Source of the DNA: Camelus dromedarius
Taxonomy: Eukaryota
Reading direction: 5' to 3'
Assembly (NCBI RefSeq): GCF_036321535.1
Contig: NC_087437.1
Location: 102,984,001-103,048,000, forward strand
DNA: 64,000 bases
The notes below the pieces were generated by a model that was given only the letters and a program-made list of their open reading frames with translations, was not told the origin of the DNA and searched no databases. A program made the translations under genes and the position numbers. Below, piece after piece: positions 42,909 to 54,932 of this stretch; the stretch's first letter is position 1; each line of letters begins with the position of its first letter.

Positions 42909-44874
42909 AGGTAGCCCAGTATGGCGGCATAACTAATATTTTCAATTACTAGAATACCATAGATGTTACTGGGGACCAGACTAGTTCCTTTCCTTGCATG
43001 TAGAGGTAAATTATTTTACCTGGATAATGTAAAGTTGGTGATGGATTGCTTATATCTTCCTGCACACACAGTGAGCTGTTGGATACTCTTGATTATTGGA
43101 GAGTTTCCCACACTTGGATACTAGACAGAATCATTTCTTCATTTGTTGATGACCTAAAGTTCCACCTTTATACAGTCATGTGCCATGGATCTTGAGGAGT
43201 GCCATGGATCCAAATGCAGAGACCAGAAACTCACATAAGTTCAATCTAAAGAAAAATATACAATATATTTCAAATATATTATAGTCACTCAGCCTAGAGA
43301 TTCAGGTACTGTTAATGGACATCTAGAAGAAGTCGTTCTCTGTGTTGAAAACACCTGCAATCACCATCCAGACAAGATTCTAATATCACGGAAGCCCAAC
43401 TTTATGAAACATTACAGAAAGGGCAGTGACCTTAAATGGTGTTTACTTATTAACATAGAAAAGAAATAGTCCTCCGTTCTTTGCCAAGGCCATGTTTGAA
43501 GAGGTCATCGTGCATTCCCTTCTTTGGGTTTCCTGAGTTGAACCTGCAACCATTCATCTTTTTAATCAACCTGCTGCAGTAGAATGTTACTCTGCAGTGA
43601 TTCAGGATGTCCAGTCCTATGAGTCATTATTATAAGCTTTCTGTATGTAAGAAGAGAACTTTGCACTGTTTCAGTCTTTCAGATAAACAAGTCGTGAAAA
43701 AAGAAACCACTTGCTTGGGATTGCAATTAAACTGCAAACACTTTGCCTTGTAAAATTAAGTGATAGACTGAGCTGGAACACAACCAAATTTCTCTGGAGG
43801 TTAACAACAAAGGCTGGTCGCTGGAGTAATCACAGAACTGACAACCAAGCACTCCCTTCTGCCAGCTAAGTGGAGAGGGAGGTAGCTATTTACATAATTT
43901 TATCCCCCATTCTGAATGTGAGGCAGAAACTTTAGGAACATTCAAAAGCAGAGAAAATGCCCTATAGAATCTTCATGCTATAATTATGGCAGATTGTTTG
44001 TCATCTGAGACCATAAGGACCCAGGAAATCTGACAGTGTCTTCTAAATTTTTACCAGACCAAACAGTACAAAAATAATATTGAGAATCTAGGAACTAGAG
44101 ATGTAACAGAGAGATCATGTAACTGTTGATTTTTATGAGCAGCTACACTCACACACACATGTGTGTGGTGGGAAGATGAAAATCATGTATGAACACTTTC
44201 AGTTATTGGGAGGGAACCACAGATACATATGTCATCCTCTTGTTCTTGCTTTGGCTGCACATTTTGGTCTGGTCAGTTTCCTATCCCTTGGACTGATGTC
44301 TAAAGGGACTAACTGATGAAGTTTAAAAGCACAACTATAAGGCAGATTCACATAATTTAATTTTATTGAAAAGCAACTTATATAGATAAAGTTGAATATT
44401 ATTTACAAGTTATAGAATGTGCATTTTTTACTTTCAACATTCTATTTTAAAATATATATTCAATATGCAGTAACAATCTGTTTTAACGTCTGTTAAGGTA
44501 CTAAACTAAGTAACAATTATTAAATGAAAGATTCTTATCCACACACCAGCTCAGTTCCTTGAGATGATTGAATGAAAAGTATTAATGAATAGGTGAGGGT
44601 TATTTTGGTTCTGAGATTGATCATAGAACTCACTGAAATGGTAATGTTCATCTTTCTTTGCAGTCAGCCAGTCAATCAAATAATATACATATAGATTTAT
44701 TTGTTTCTTTCATGATTAACTTGACATTTAAATAAGATGGGCTGACTCTAGGAAATCTTTAAAATATATAATTACAATAAGTACCTTCTCTTTCCTGGGG
44801 ATGAGAGTGAAAAATGAATTGGCATCATTTTTATTTGGAAAGTTTAAATTTAAATATATTGATTTAAAAAATCA

Positions 44875-45250
44875 TTCAACTCATGTATTCATTCATTATT
44901 TAAGAAATGTACTAGAGGCCTGCTGTATTCCAGGGGGTTAATGAGTTGAATAACGCATTGTTCTTTCTCAGCACAAATTGTAGTCTAATTGGAGATGCCA
45001 CTATATAAACAAATAATCACCCCCTATGTGTGACAAATTAGAGTGATATGTTCAAGGAGCCACGGATGCAAAGACAGAGACCGGAAGGAAGACGATCTAA
45101 TTCTGGAAAATCAAAGAGAAGGTAAGGAACAGGAGGCTTGTCAGCTTGCCATGCTGGAGAAGAAGGGCTGTGTGAAACAAGGTCTGCGGAGATTTCTGAT
45201 GTGTGAATAGCAACTCTCCAGGGGAACCAGTTGTAGAAGGAGTCGTACTT
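44875..45250 (-). mobile_element. LINE-2 remnant
   Basis: attcattcatt...aaatgtactagaggcctgctgtattccagg...tagtctaattggagat; degenerate. Confidence 0.5.
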
Positions 45251-45655
45251 ACATATGACACAATTTGAAACACAAAATACACTTTAATATTTGTGTTTAT
45301 TACCATATGAGTTTGGCAGAAATGAATGACATTGATACTATTATCATTTTTCTTAGCATTGGCTTAGAAATTTGGTTACTTCTTGTGTATTTATTACATT
45401 ATAAGGAACTTTATCTAGTCCACAGTTTTCTGCAAATAGTGACTGAGGCAATAGCCTTTTTTGTTCATAAGGATAAAACTTCAAGTTGTGTACTACATCT
45501 CCTACCCCTCACCAGGGTAAGGAAATATCATGGAAATGACCACCAGACATTTTCACATTATTTGTGCCTATGTCAGCAAAGTCTCCAACCTATTGTGCAA
45601 TGTTCCCAGGGCTGCAAAATTTGTAGCATGTCAGTCAGCATTACTGAATGGAGGT

Positions 45656-46017
45656 TGCTATGCTCTGAATGTCTGTGTCCGCCCAAAATCCACATGATGG
45701 GACCCAAATGCCCCATGTGATGATGTTAAATGGTGGGGCCCTTGGGAGGTGGTTAGATTATGAGGGTGGAGTTCTCAAGATGGATTAGTGCCCTTATTAA
45801 AGGGACCCAAAGGGCTTTCTCACTCTCTTTTCATCATATAAAGATACAACAAGAAATAGGCAGTCTGAAACCTGGAAGATGGCCTTCACCAGACCAGGAC
45901 TGTGCTGACACCTTGATATCGAACTTCCAGCCTCCAGAACTGAGAAATAAAAGGTTGTTGCTTGTAAGGTGCCCCATTTATGGCATTTTGTTACACCAGT
46001 CCAAATGGACTAAGGCA
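45656..46017 (+). mobile_element. MaLR solo LTR (MLT1A-like), complete with TSD
   Basis: TGCTATG...GACTAAGGCA termini; perfect 5-bp TSD GAGGT (45651-55, 46018-22); acttccagcctccagaactgagaaataaa. Confidence 0.9.
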
Positions 46018-49000
46018 GAGGTGAATAAATTAATTCCAAATAAATTTATATCAAGTAAAGAATTTTTCACTTTCTTTGGAAAGAAAAACTATAGATACAA
46101 TTTTAAATGGAAATCTTAACTCAGTGGTGTACAAACACGGAACAGTTCTCTCATGTAAAACAAAGATACCAAATTTGTCTTTGTGAGCACCTCCAGAGCT
46201 AATTAAGAGGAAAGTTTACAATTATAGAGATCAACATGTATTACACATTTATTTTGGATCAGATATTCATATAACAGAAATGCTTTACACTTAATTCTCA
46301 CAAATATAAAGAAGCTATTATTATTACCCACATTATGTATATATATGTATATATACACATGTATATATATATAAAGTTCCAAAGACAGATTCTTGGTTTC
46401 TTCCACTATATACAGTTAATTCAATTATCTTTCAAGTAAGCTCTGGGTCTTTAATATCATCTTCCCCAGATAGCATGTATGTGTCTCATGGGGAGGGGAG
46501 ACCTACTTATGTAAACTTGTAGCTAACTGATGAGGGGGAGGGGGCACTGAGATATGTGCTCATCCTCTGGTCCTTGCTTCAGCTACAGATTTTGTTTTTT
46601 GGCTGTGATAGGATTCTTGACCTCTTGATCTCTTGAATCAGTGTCCTTAGATAAACGGCTGGTGACTAGGTGGTGACTGGGTCAGGGACAAGGGATTCTG
46701 GCATGTTGCCTCAGCTCCGTCTCTGTTGCTGTCGGTCCTGATGGTGTCTCTGAGTTAACCTACATTTTCTGTTCCACTCCTGGGTTTACCTCTCATCAGA
46801 GAACCCCCACAGCAAGCCTAATGGCAGGAGCTGCTTTCTGCTGCATGAGACGTGTGTGGGTTTCTGGGCATTACACCATCCCACACCACACAGGAGTCAG
46901 GGTAATGCTAACTCTGGTTCTCTTTTGTACTAACTGTGGCCATGCTGATTTTTCTCTTTGTTGCCTTAGGTTGACGCATACTATCCATCTATGGAGTTGC
47001 TTCTCCTGTTCACACAGAGAGCACACACAATGGTGAAGTCTAATCTCTCAGATTTCAGCCTTCCTCTCCACCTGGGGAAGACTTCTCACCCTATTATTTT
47101 AGCTCAAACTAGGAAGTCATGCTGTATAACTATGCATCCTGGCAACTACATAATTCTCATCCCTCTTCTGATTGACAGCTCCATGGCAGAAGGGGTGGGC
47201 TGTCTGCTCTCTTCTTATCTGGGGTTCCCCCAAGTCAACTTTTCCTCCATTCTGAAGAGGTGCCCAATCTGCTCCTTCACTCAAATTCTTCAACAAAATA
47301 GCACCGAGAATTTAGAGGTGTAAAGTTAGCTTAGGCTGGGGGATTTGTAGTCTAAGCACACATCCACCTCTGCATTATGAGAACTTCAGAAACAGATCAA
47401 CCTCTGGCCCCTTTTCTCACCTGTAATCTGAGATCGCTAGACTAGAAATTTAATAGGCACTTCCAGGATACAATACTATAAGATTCTGGGATGCCTAAAA
47501 TCCTTTTACTGGGGGGAAAAAAAAAAGGCTCTCTATATTTAACCATCAAAACTAATTTGCCCTTTTAAAATTTCTCTGGCATTTTCTCCACATCTTTATG
47601 AACACATTTGGAGAAATCATTTGTAAAATATGCCTTCTTTTTTTAATACTTAATCTTATTATTAAACAAAAATGCCCCCTGGCCATAATATAAAGTTATG
47701 CTACAATTGATTTGAAAGCCTAAGAAGCAAAATTGCTCTTGGTTTTTTAAAACATATAAATCTCTTATTTCATGAATGGGAATTTGTCAACCTAGTGAAA
47801 TATTTTCCTGTAGTTACATAATAGCAAACTTCATATATGTTCTCAGGCAAATCTGCTCAGTGATTCAATACATGGTTATTGAGTGAAGAACTCAATTAAT
47901 GAATAGATCATTGCGTGTATCTTCAAATTATGTCAATTTTATTCTTGTAACCATTGTTCCCAAGGGCTATTGAAAATCTTTAAAAAAATTATGGCTCATA
48001 TCTTGTAATATTCTTTCAGAATTGTTTATTTTAAAAGAGTGTATTCCTGGAGAAATATTTTGGACTCTTATGTTATAGGAGTTTTATGATTTGCACTGAG
48101 CAGAGAAAATTAATATCCTCTCACATTAAGGGTGACATCTTTCATTGGTTCCTCATTTCAGTGCTTCTAATTTAAAACATTTTTGTCCCTAGAACTGAGG
48201 AAGATGTGTTTCTTCTTTTCTTCTGCATTATTTCATAGGAGGATTCCCAATATGCTGATGTGTTTCACATTTTCTCACAGTGTATATCAAGGTATGCTGG
48301 TAGCTAGTGATATTATACCACTCAGGAAAGGAAGAAGGAAAAACATTCTGGCTGAAATGCTGTATAACAGATGTTCGAGTTTTGATTTGCCAGGTTTATA
48401 AATAAAGTTTAGGCTGGCCTTAATTAGTGGAGAAATTTCACACACTTGGAACAGAGAAAGCCCTTACACAGCCATCCAGAGACAGGATGTAAGCCCAATG
48501 CAAACACTCTCCCTTAATTAAATTTGTTACTGCATAGTATTAGCAATGATTCAAAATTCACATGATGTTCTATGCTGGTTTCATCAGGCAGCTAATAGCT
48601 TACATGTCTAAGTGGTGTCTGTTGAAATAAACTTGGATTGGATGTAAGGCTTGGACTTAGCTGCTATTCACAATATTTTGGTTTTAATTAAGTGTCACAC
48701 TCAAAATAAGTGATGAGTGAGCTGTTCCTAGTCTTATAACAGACTGCAGGTCCAACTGCCTTGTAAGCACAGATTGCTTCACTCATCACTCAGCGGACAT
48801 TCTCCAGCCTGACTGACAGAAAGGGATATATTTTACTTTTATTTACTTTAAGTGAATTAAGAAAAAAGATTGATTTTAACTATGGGGCAGATGGTCTTAT
48901 TGCTTCCTGTTTTATAAATATTAAAGTATCATGCATAGTTATTCTATTTTTATTAATAAACTATTTGCTGAGCAAAATACAATTAATTACAATTAATTAC

Positions 49001-49865
49001 AAATGCAATACAAATTATTTAAATTAGGTTTTGGGCTTCACATTCTCTATTTTCTTCTTACATTCACTGAATGTTCAAACAATGCATTTTAAGAAACAAA
49101 TTATTTTGTCAGTTTTTAAAACAAAATTATATGAACCTCACAAACGTTTCCTCTCCATTATGATGTACTAACTTTAATTTCTTAGTAAGCCCAGGTTTTT
49201 AAGTGCTTGACATGTGGGAAATTCTCAATATATAAATGACTGATTTTTGCCCAGTGCTGTGGTTCCATGACAGATGAGAGCGTAATGATCATGAAATATA
49301 TTGCCGCACCATTTTGGTCTTCCCAAGTTCATAATTTCTTGACATTTCTTTACAGAACTTCTCACCTTCACTTTTAGTTCCTTCTTTCTTTTTACCCTTA
49401 TTTGCGCTTTATTTTCATTCACATGGTCTCTTTTGAACATTAGTTAGTTTTTGAGTACTGGTCATTTAGATGACATTTTTATACATTTTATTTTCACATG
49501 GGAAATGCATGTTTGAAACACACACACAATTACTGAACAATCCATGGTAGCAAAGCTTTTTACTCAAAACTTACTTAATATGTCACTAATTTAATTTATG
49601 CAAATGTTTATAAATTTAGCAAGATACACATTCTCTATTTAGTTTAGAGGAAATAAAATTGATTTAAAACTGCTTTTTATTGGATTCATCCCACAGAAAT
49701 ATTCATGGAGCAGTACGAGTAAGAGAGTTTTCATTTGTTTTTGTTTCGGTTTATACAGTGTCACTTCACTGATGCACACTATTTTAGCAAGGACTCTTCC
49801 AGACCCTTTGCTGGGTGGACAGAGTAAGATGGATAAAATATGCTCCCTTTTTCCCGGGGTATGAA

Positions 49866-50372
49866 TGTTACCTACGCTCCCAACGAGGGTCTTTCTGCCT
49901 GGTATTGCTCTCGCTAATAGAATGAGACCAAGTTTGGGCCAGAAGCAAAGGAAAGCTTTATTCTCTGATCGGAGAATGGAGAGGTGGGAGCTTGCGCTCT
50001 GGAGCTCAGGCTCTTCCCAGCCAGGGAGACCCCCCGGTGGGCGGGGCTGCTTCCTAGGGCTCAGCGGCGGGGAGGGGAGGGGCAGAGCTCTCCCCGGGCA
50101 GGCGCAGTGTCTCTGCACAGGCCCCGCCCCCGCCCCCGCCATCTTGACTTGCGCTGTTGTGCACAGCGTCCTGGAGCAAGCGGGCTTGTCATCGCGGCCG
50201 TTCCACGCCAGGAGCTCTGGTTTGAAGTGTGGGTGCAGGGCCTCCGCACGCGGCAGCCTAGGAGCGAGTCAAACTACGCTAAGCACAAAGAGGGGGAAAA
50301 AAAAGGTTAGACTTTATTTTACTACCCAGGTTTTTATTTACTAGGAATTGTTCGTGGGCTTTGCTGGTGACA
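49866..50372 (-). mobile_element. 3' LTR of the provirus (LTR-A, 507 bp), CpG-rich
   Basis: Termini TGTCACC...GGTAACA on - (6/7 inverted repeat); preceded by purine-rich CAAAAGACATGAAGGATT (PPT-like) downstream of the env tail; AATAAA on - at 49957-49962. Confidence 0.8.
49990..50280. promoter_or_regulatory. CpG-island-like segment with GC boxes and a YY1 motif within LTR-A
   Basis: About 22 CpGs in ~290 bp by hand count; GGGCGGGG at ~50039; three tandem CCCCGCC at 50122-50140 followed by CCGCCATCTTG (YY1 consensus CCGCCATNTT). Confidence 0.6.
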
Positions 50373-50559
50373 AATCCTTCATGTCTTTTGTCTTGCTCCT
50401 CAGTCTTGAAGGTCGAAGGTCCTTGTTCTGTAACTCCTTCTGGCTGAGTGTGAGTGATGTCGTAACGCCGGGTAGAGGAGCAGAACTTCTCCCCAGCTGC
50501 CTTTAGACATGTTTGATGGTCACCAGACTTCAGCCCTGAATGTCCCTATTCCTGAGCGA

Positions 50560-50631
50560 CTATTTGTCTAACCTTTTGGAAAGAAAGGACACCAGACAAT
50601 TTAGTATGCATGGCCCGAATAGTAGCAAGAA
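50560..50631 (-). pseudogene. env: ERV env remnant (TM membrane anchor and cytoplasmic tail)
   Basis: Translates FLLLFGPCILNCLVSFLSKRLDK*, matching the gammaretroviral LLFGPCILNxLVxF motif; SU and the TM ectodomain are absent. Confidence 0.85.
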
Positions 50632-50745
50632 TTGTCGTCACATGTCAAATTGTTCCTAAAAATGAAGGTATTTAGGTCTATTTGCTTGAAGGGAAGTGTG
50701 CCCTGATGTCGAGGCTCACTGCAGTGGCATAAATATCCCTGACTG

Positions 50746-51294
50746 TGTTACCCCAAAAGGTAAAGACCTGGTTCTTGTCATACCTGACAAATTTGCAGAT
50801 GTGAGATGGTGCGTTATGTAGTGAAACATTTTAAAAGATATATTTAAAAGGAAAGGCAAAGTACACCCCCAAGAGTGGGAGGCAGGCTGATCCAAGGCAG
50901 GAAAAGTAGTGGTTTTTTTCTCCCCTTTCTCTCACACCCTTGCTTAGAGGTGGTCTTTTGACTGCTTGATGGCTCTAGTCCCTGGAGTGCTTAGTCACGT
51001 TTGGCCCCTTTGCGCATGTCCTTACCCATGGTTTACACAGGAAAACCCATGATGGGGGGGGGGGGGCTAAACTGCAGTGTTAATTATAATACAATAAACA
51101 TTGGTCGTGTCTGGTTAAGTCCTCTCTGCTACCGCACAGTCTTGGCTGTCGGGTTCTAACTGTTTTCTTGCTGGCACTCATTTAGAAGAAGTAAAGCCCT
51201 TTATGCTGGAGGCAGGCACACCACCATCTTTCGGACCATCCTCCCGCTCCTCCACTTGTCTGCCCAGTGCCCCCACTTATCTAACTGCCTAACA
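50746..51294 (-). mobile_element. Second ERV1-type LTR (LTR-B, 549 bp) between pol end and env tail
   Basis: TGTTA...TAACA inverted termini; overall MER4/MER41-group-like appearance; no PPT or PBS beside it; flanks actg/gttg are not a clean TSD. Orientation is inferred by resemblance only. Confidence 0.65.
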
Positions 51295-51788
51295 GTTGAA
51301 TTTTGGTTATTTTCTGGAAGAGAAGCTGCAGGTTAGAGATTCACGTGGGTAGTCAAAGGGACCGCTTCCCCAGGTTGTCTCTCTGGAGGCTGAGATAGTC
51401 GAGTGTGATGTCCCCATGAAGTGATCCCTGCAACTTCAGGGCAGAAGTGGTAATTAGGATCACCAAGTGGGGTTCCTTCTCCTTAGGAGGAGCTAACCTT
51501 GCAGGCTGCTGGTTTTCCAGGATTTTAAGTGCACCCAGACTCCTAGCCGGAAGGGGTTTAGGGCCAGGTTGGTGGATGTGGGCAGCAATCAGTTACCATA
51601 TTCCATGAGCGCTTTCATGGTTTCTCCTATCTGGAGGGCACACTGAGTTGTTCCATTTCAAGGTGGGCTAAGCCCCTTCTCTGGGGCTTGGGAAATGGGT
51701 CTACCATACATGAGGTAAAATGCGCTTAACTTTAACTTACCTCTTGGAGCTAACTGCTTGCAGAACAGGGCAATTGGGAGCAATTTAA

Positions 51789-52331
51789 TGTGGAAAAAGT
51801 CAAGAGAGTGAGAGGGAGTTGGGAGCCAACTCCACAAGCCTCTCAAATGCTCCCGCATTTATTGTGTACAATCAAAGGAGAAATCACTAACAGTTGTGTC
51901 TTGGAATTCAGGAATTTAGGGAAAGACAGGGTGGGATTGAGATTACAGAAATCACAATGAGTACAAAGGCTTTGTTTATCTTTAGGAAAGTCATGGGGAG
52001 GGGGGAACAAGGTACCTTCTTATAGATAATGTTAAAGCAGACCACCAGCCCAGCCAGTTCCTTGTTCTGGGGATAGAAGGCTATCTAACAGCAGGCACGC
52101 CCAGCATTTATAGCCGAGGGCCTGGGTCCTTGCTTCGCAACGAGCAGAGTGCTATCTGAAACCTCAACTATGCAAGCAAGGCATTGTCTCTGCTTTTTAC
52201 AGAAAGGAGACCGGAGTGCGGATGCACAGGTGCCTGCTTCCAAGGCAGTTATTAAGCACATTTGTTCTTCTTTAAGGAGACAAGCGGCTGGGGTCTGTTA
52301 CAATTTGTTAACTCAATCATGGGCTCCCACA
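51789..52331 (-). mobile_element. Nested solo LTR, ERV2/betaretrovirus-like (LTR-C, 543 bp), inside integrase
   Basis: TGTGG...CCACA termini; 6-bp TSD atttaa (51783-88) / acttaa (52332-37); AATAAA on - near 51858-63. Removing it restores the integrase frame GNWIKLLPIA. Confidence 0.88.
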
Positions 52332-54932
52332 ACTTAATCCAGTTTCCTTGAGTCTCCTGGCATAGATTGGCTAAGGTTTGTTTTAAGGTCTTATTGGATC
52401 CCTGTACTTTCCCTGATGATTGGGGTCTCCAGGCTGAGTGCAAGGTCCGTTTTATGCCTGGGGCACTTGTCCCTTTTGTCACTTGAGACATGAACGCTAG
52501 GCCATTATCACTCTGTAGGGACCCTGGGAGCCCAAACCTGGGGATCATCTCAGTTCTAGTGGGGAATGCTTCTATCCACCCTGGAAAGGTGTCCACTAGC
52601 ACCAAGAGATACTGAAATTGCCCAGTACTCTCTACCTGATTGTGAAATCAATCTGCCTGTCTTCTCCAGGATATGCCTCTGAATGGGCTTTATCTGGCAG
52701 CCTCTCGGAGTCTGGTGTTGGTTATACAGATGAGGCATGTCTCAGCTATCCTACTGATTATACTTTTCAAGCCAGGGGTAACCAGGGCTTCAACTCACAT
52801 AATGAGTTCCTTGGGGAGCCTCCTCGATGGCTAGAGAACCTGGTCTGGGGAAAGAAATATTACTCACATTCATTAAATAGCCACCCGTGGCCTCCTAGAT
52901 CTTTACTGAAACCCCATTTTTAGGCTTTGTCTAATTCTTCTTTTGTGTAGACTAGGGAGTAATTAGATGGATCTGGGCTCTTGAGTGTGAGGCATAATTG
53001 CCAAGTTGCCTTGGGCCACTCTTGTGGCACTTGTGTTAGCTTTGTTGTTTCTCTTTGTTACCTCTGCATTCTCTTTTCGATTTCCCTTCAGTGAATCACT
53101 GCCACTGTTTTTGGAAGCTGCACTGCTTCTAGGAGTCTCAGTATGTTTAAGCCACGTTTTACCTGCTTATTCTCTACAGTAAGCACACCCCTTTCCTTCC
53201 AAATAGCCCCATGTCCCTGTAGGATGGCATACACAACCTGGGAATCTGTGTAAACATTTAAGATTTTCCCAGTCCCGAGCTCTAAGGCTTGGGTGAAGGC
53301 TTTAAGCTCCAACTTTTGGGCAGAAATCCCTGTGCCTAGGATTCTTGCTTCTATTACTCGGATCTGGGAGGTCACTGCCTATCTGACCAGCCTTTTCTCT
53401 CTCATAAAACTGCTCTTGTCTTTAAACCATTTATTTCTCTTTGGCATTTGGGAGAGGTTCACTTCCTAAGCAGGGGCAACTGGAATCGATTTTATCTGTG
53501 GTTTCTGCACAGTCATGCTCCAGGGGCCCTGTTTCTGTGGGATTTAACCTGTGGCAGGTTTTTATGTAGTGACTGGCTGACCACGTTAACTCTCCCACCT
53601 CTAGCAGGGTTGTTGTAGCTGCTGCTGCCAGGAGGCCAGGCCATCCCTTAGCAGTTTAATCTAATTGTTTAGAGAAATAAGCAACCTCCCAAGTAAGGGG
53701 CTTCCAGTGTCTGAGCTAATTCCCCAAGGGCAACTACCCTCCTCTCCTGAATATAAAAGTCAAAGGATTTAGCTAAACCTGGGAGGGCCAGGAGGGGCCT
53801 GACGTAATTGCTTTTTCACTTCTTGAAGGGTTCATTCGCATTCTGAATTCCATTCAAAAGGATCGTCATCCTTTTGTTTCAACTTTTCATATAAAGGCCT
53901 AGCGATGAGACCACAGTTAGGTATCCAGGTGTGGCAAAACCCTTCCATCCCCAGGACACCCCTAAGCTGTCTTCCAGTTTTAGGAGAAATGAGGTTGCAG
54001 ATGGCTCCTTTCCTGTCCTGGGGTAGACTTCTCTGACCTGTGATAATGAAGCCTAGGTAGGTCATCCTAGTTTGCGACATTTGAAACTTTTTCTTGGACA
54101 CCTTGTATCCTTTATGCACTCCCTTTATCTGCTCGGTGGTTCAGGGTGGTTCCAGTATTTTTATCAGAGGCCTCCTTAGTAGGGCTGGCGAGCGTAATGT
54201 TGTTTACATACTGGAGGAGCGAGCCCTCCTCCAGATGTAGAGCTTTTAGGTCTTTAGCTAAAGTTTCCCCAAAAACAGTGGAGGAATTTTTGAACCCTTA
54301 GGGCAGGACTGTCCAGCAGACTTGTCTCGCCACTCAAAAGCAAAAACTTCTTATGATTCTGGGACAATGGAATACAGAAGAATACATCTTTCAAATCTAG
54401 TATGGAATACCAGGTCCTGGTGGACAGTAGAGTGGCCAGCAGGGTGTAGGGATTAGGGACTACTGGATGTAACCCTGGCTGGCTTCACTGACTGCCCTGC
54501 GGTTCTGTACCATCTGATATTCCTCACTAGGTTTCTTCAAGGGGAGAATGGGGGTATTACAGGCTGATGGGCATGGTTTAATAAGGTCCTGGTCGATTAG
54601 ACCTGTATAACAGGGCCAATGCCCAGCAAGTCCTCTCAGTGGAGAGTGTAGTGTCTTCTATTGGGCCATGTATGTCTGGATTTTAGGTGGGCTATCATGG
54701 GACTGGCTCCTGTGCTCTTCCCACCTGTCCCTAGGCCCAGCCCTCGGGATTTACTCCTGGGAACTCAATTTGCTCTGTCCTGGAAGGTTTGTCCTCTGCT
54801 ATTAACATTATCATCTTGTACCCCCTGTCCACAGGAACACCAGTCTTCAGTTTGTCTCCTATTAGTCAGAAAGTAGCTTCCAATTTATGTAAGATACTCC
54901 TTGCTAGTTGGGGTCTAGGGCATTAGGGAACG

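Noticed and set aside
45265..46119. 151-aa and 119-aa ORFs
   Set aside because: The first has a non-ATG start and runs into a MaLR LTR; the second lies mostly within it. Chance open frames.
49639..50142. 167-aa - strand ORF starting at a good Kozak (AAGATGGCG), and the overlapping 159-aa + strand ORF 49865-50344
   Set aside because: Long ORFs are expected in a GC-rich LTR. The ATG is part of the YY1 motif, and the - ORF runs out of the LTR into host DNA, so it is not a viral gene. No recognisable protein.
50560..50745. Domesticated syncytin-like env
   Set aside because: Only a 23-aa TM tail remains, with no SU, furin site, fusion peptide or start codon.
49866..51294. A single 1.4-kb LTR
   Set aside because: An env tail and a PPT-like tract lie in the middle, so these are two separate LTRs.
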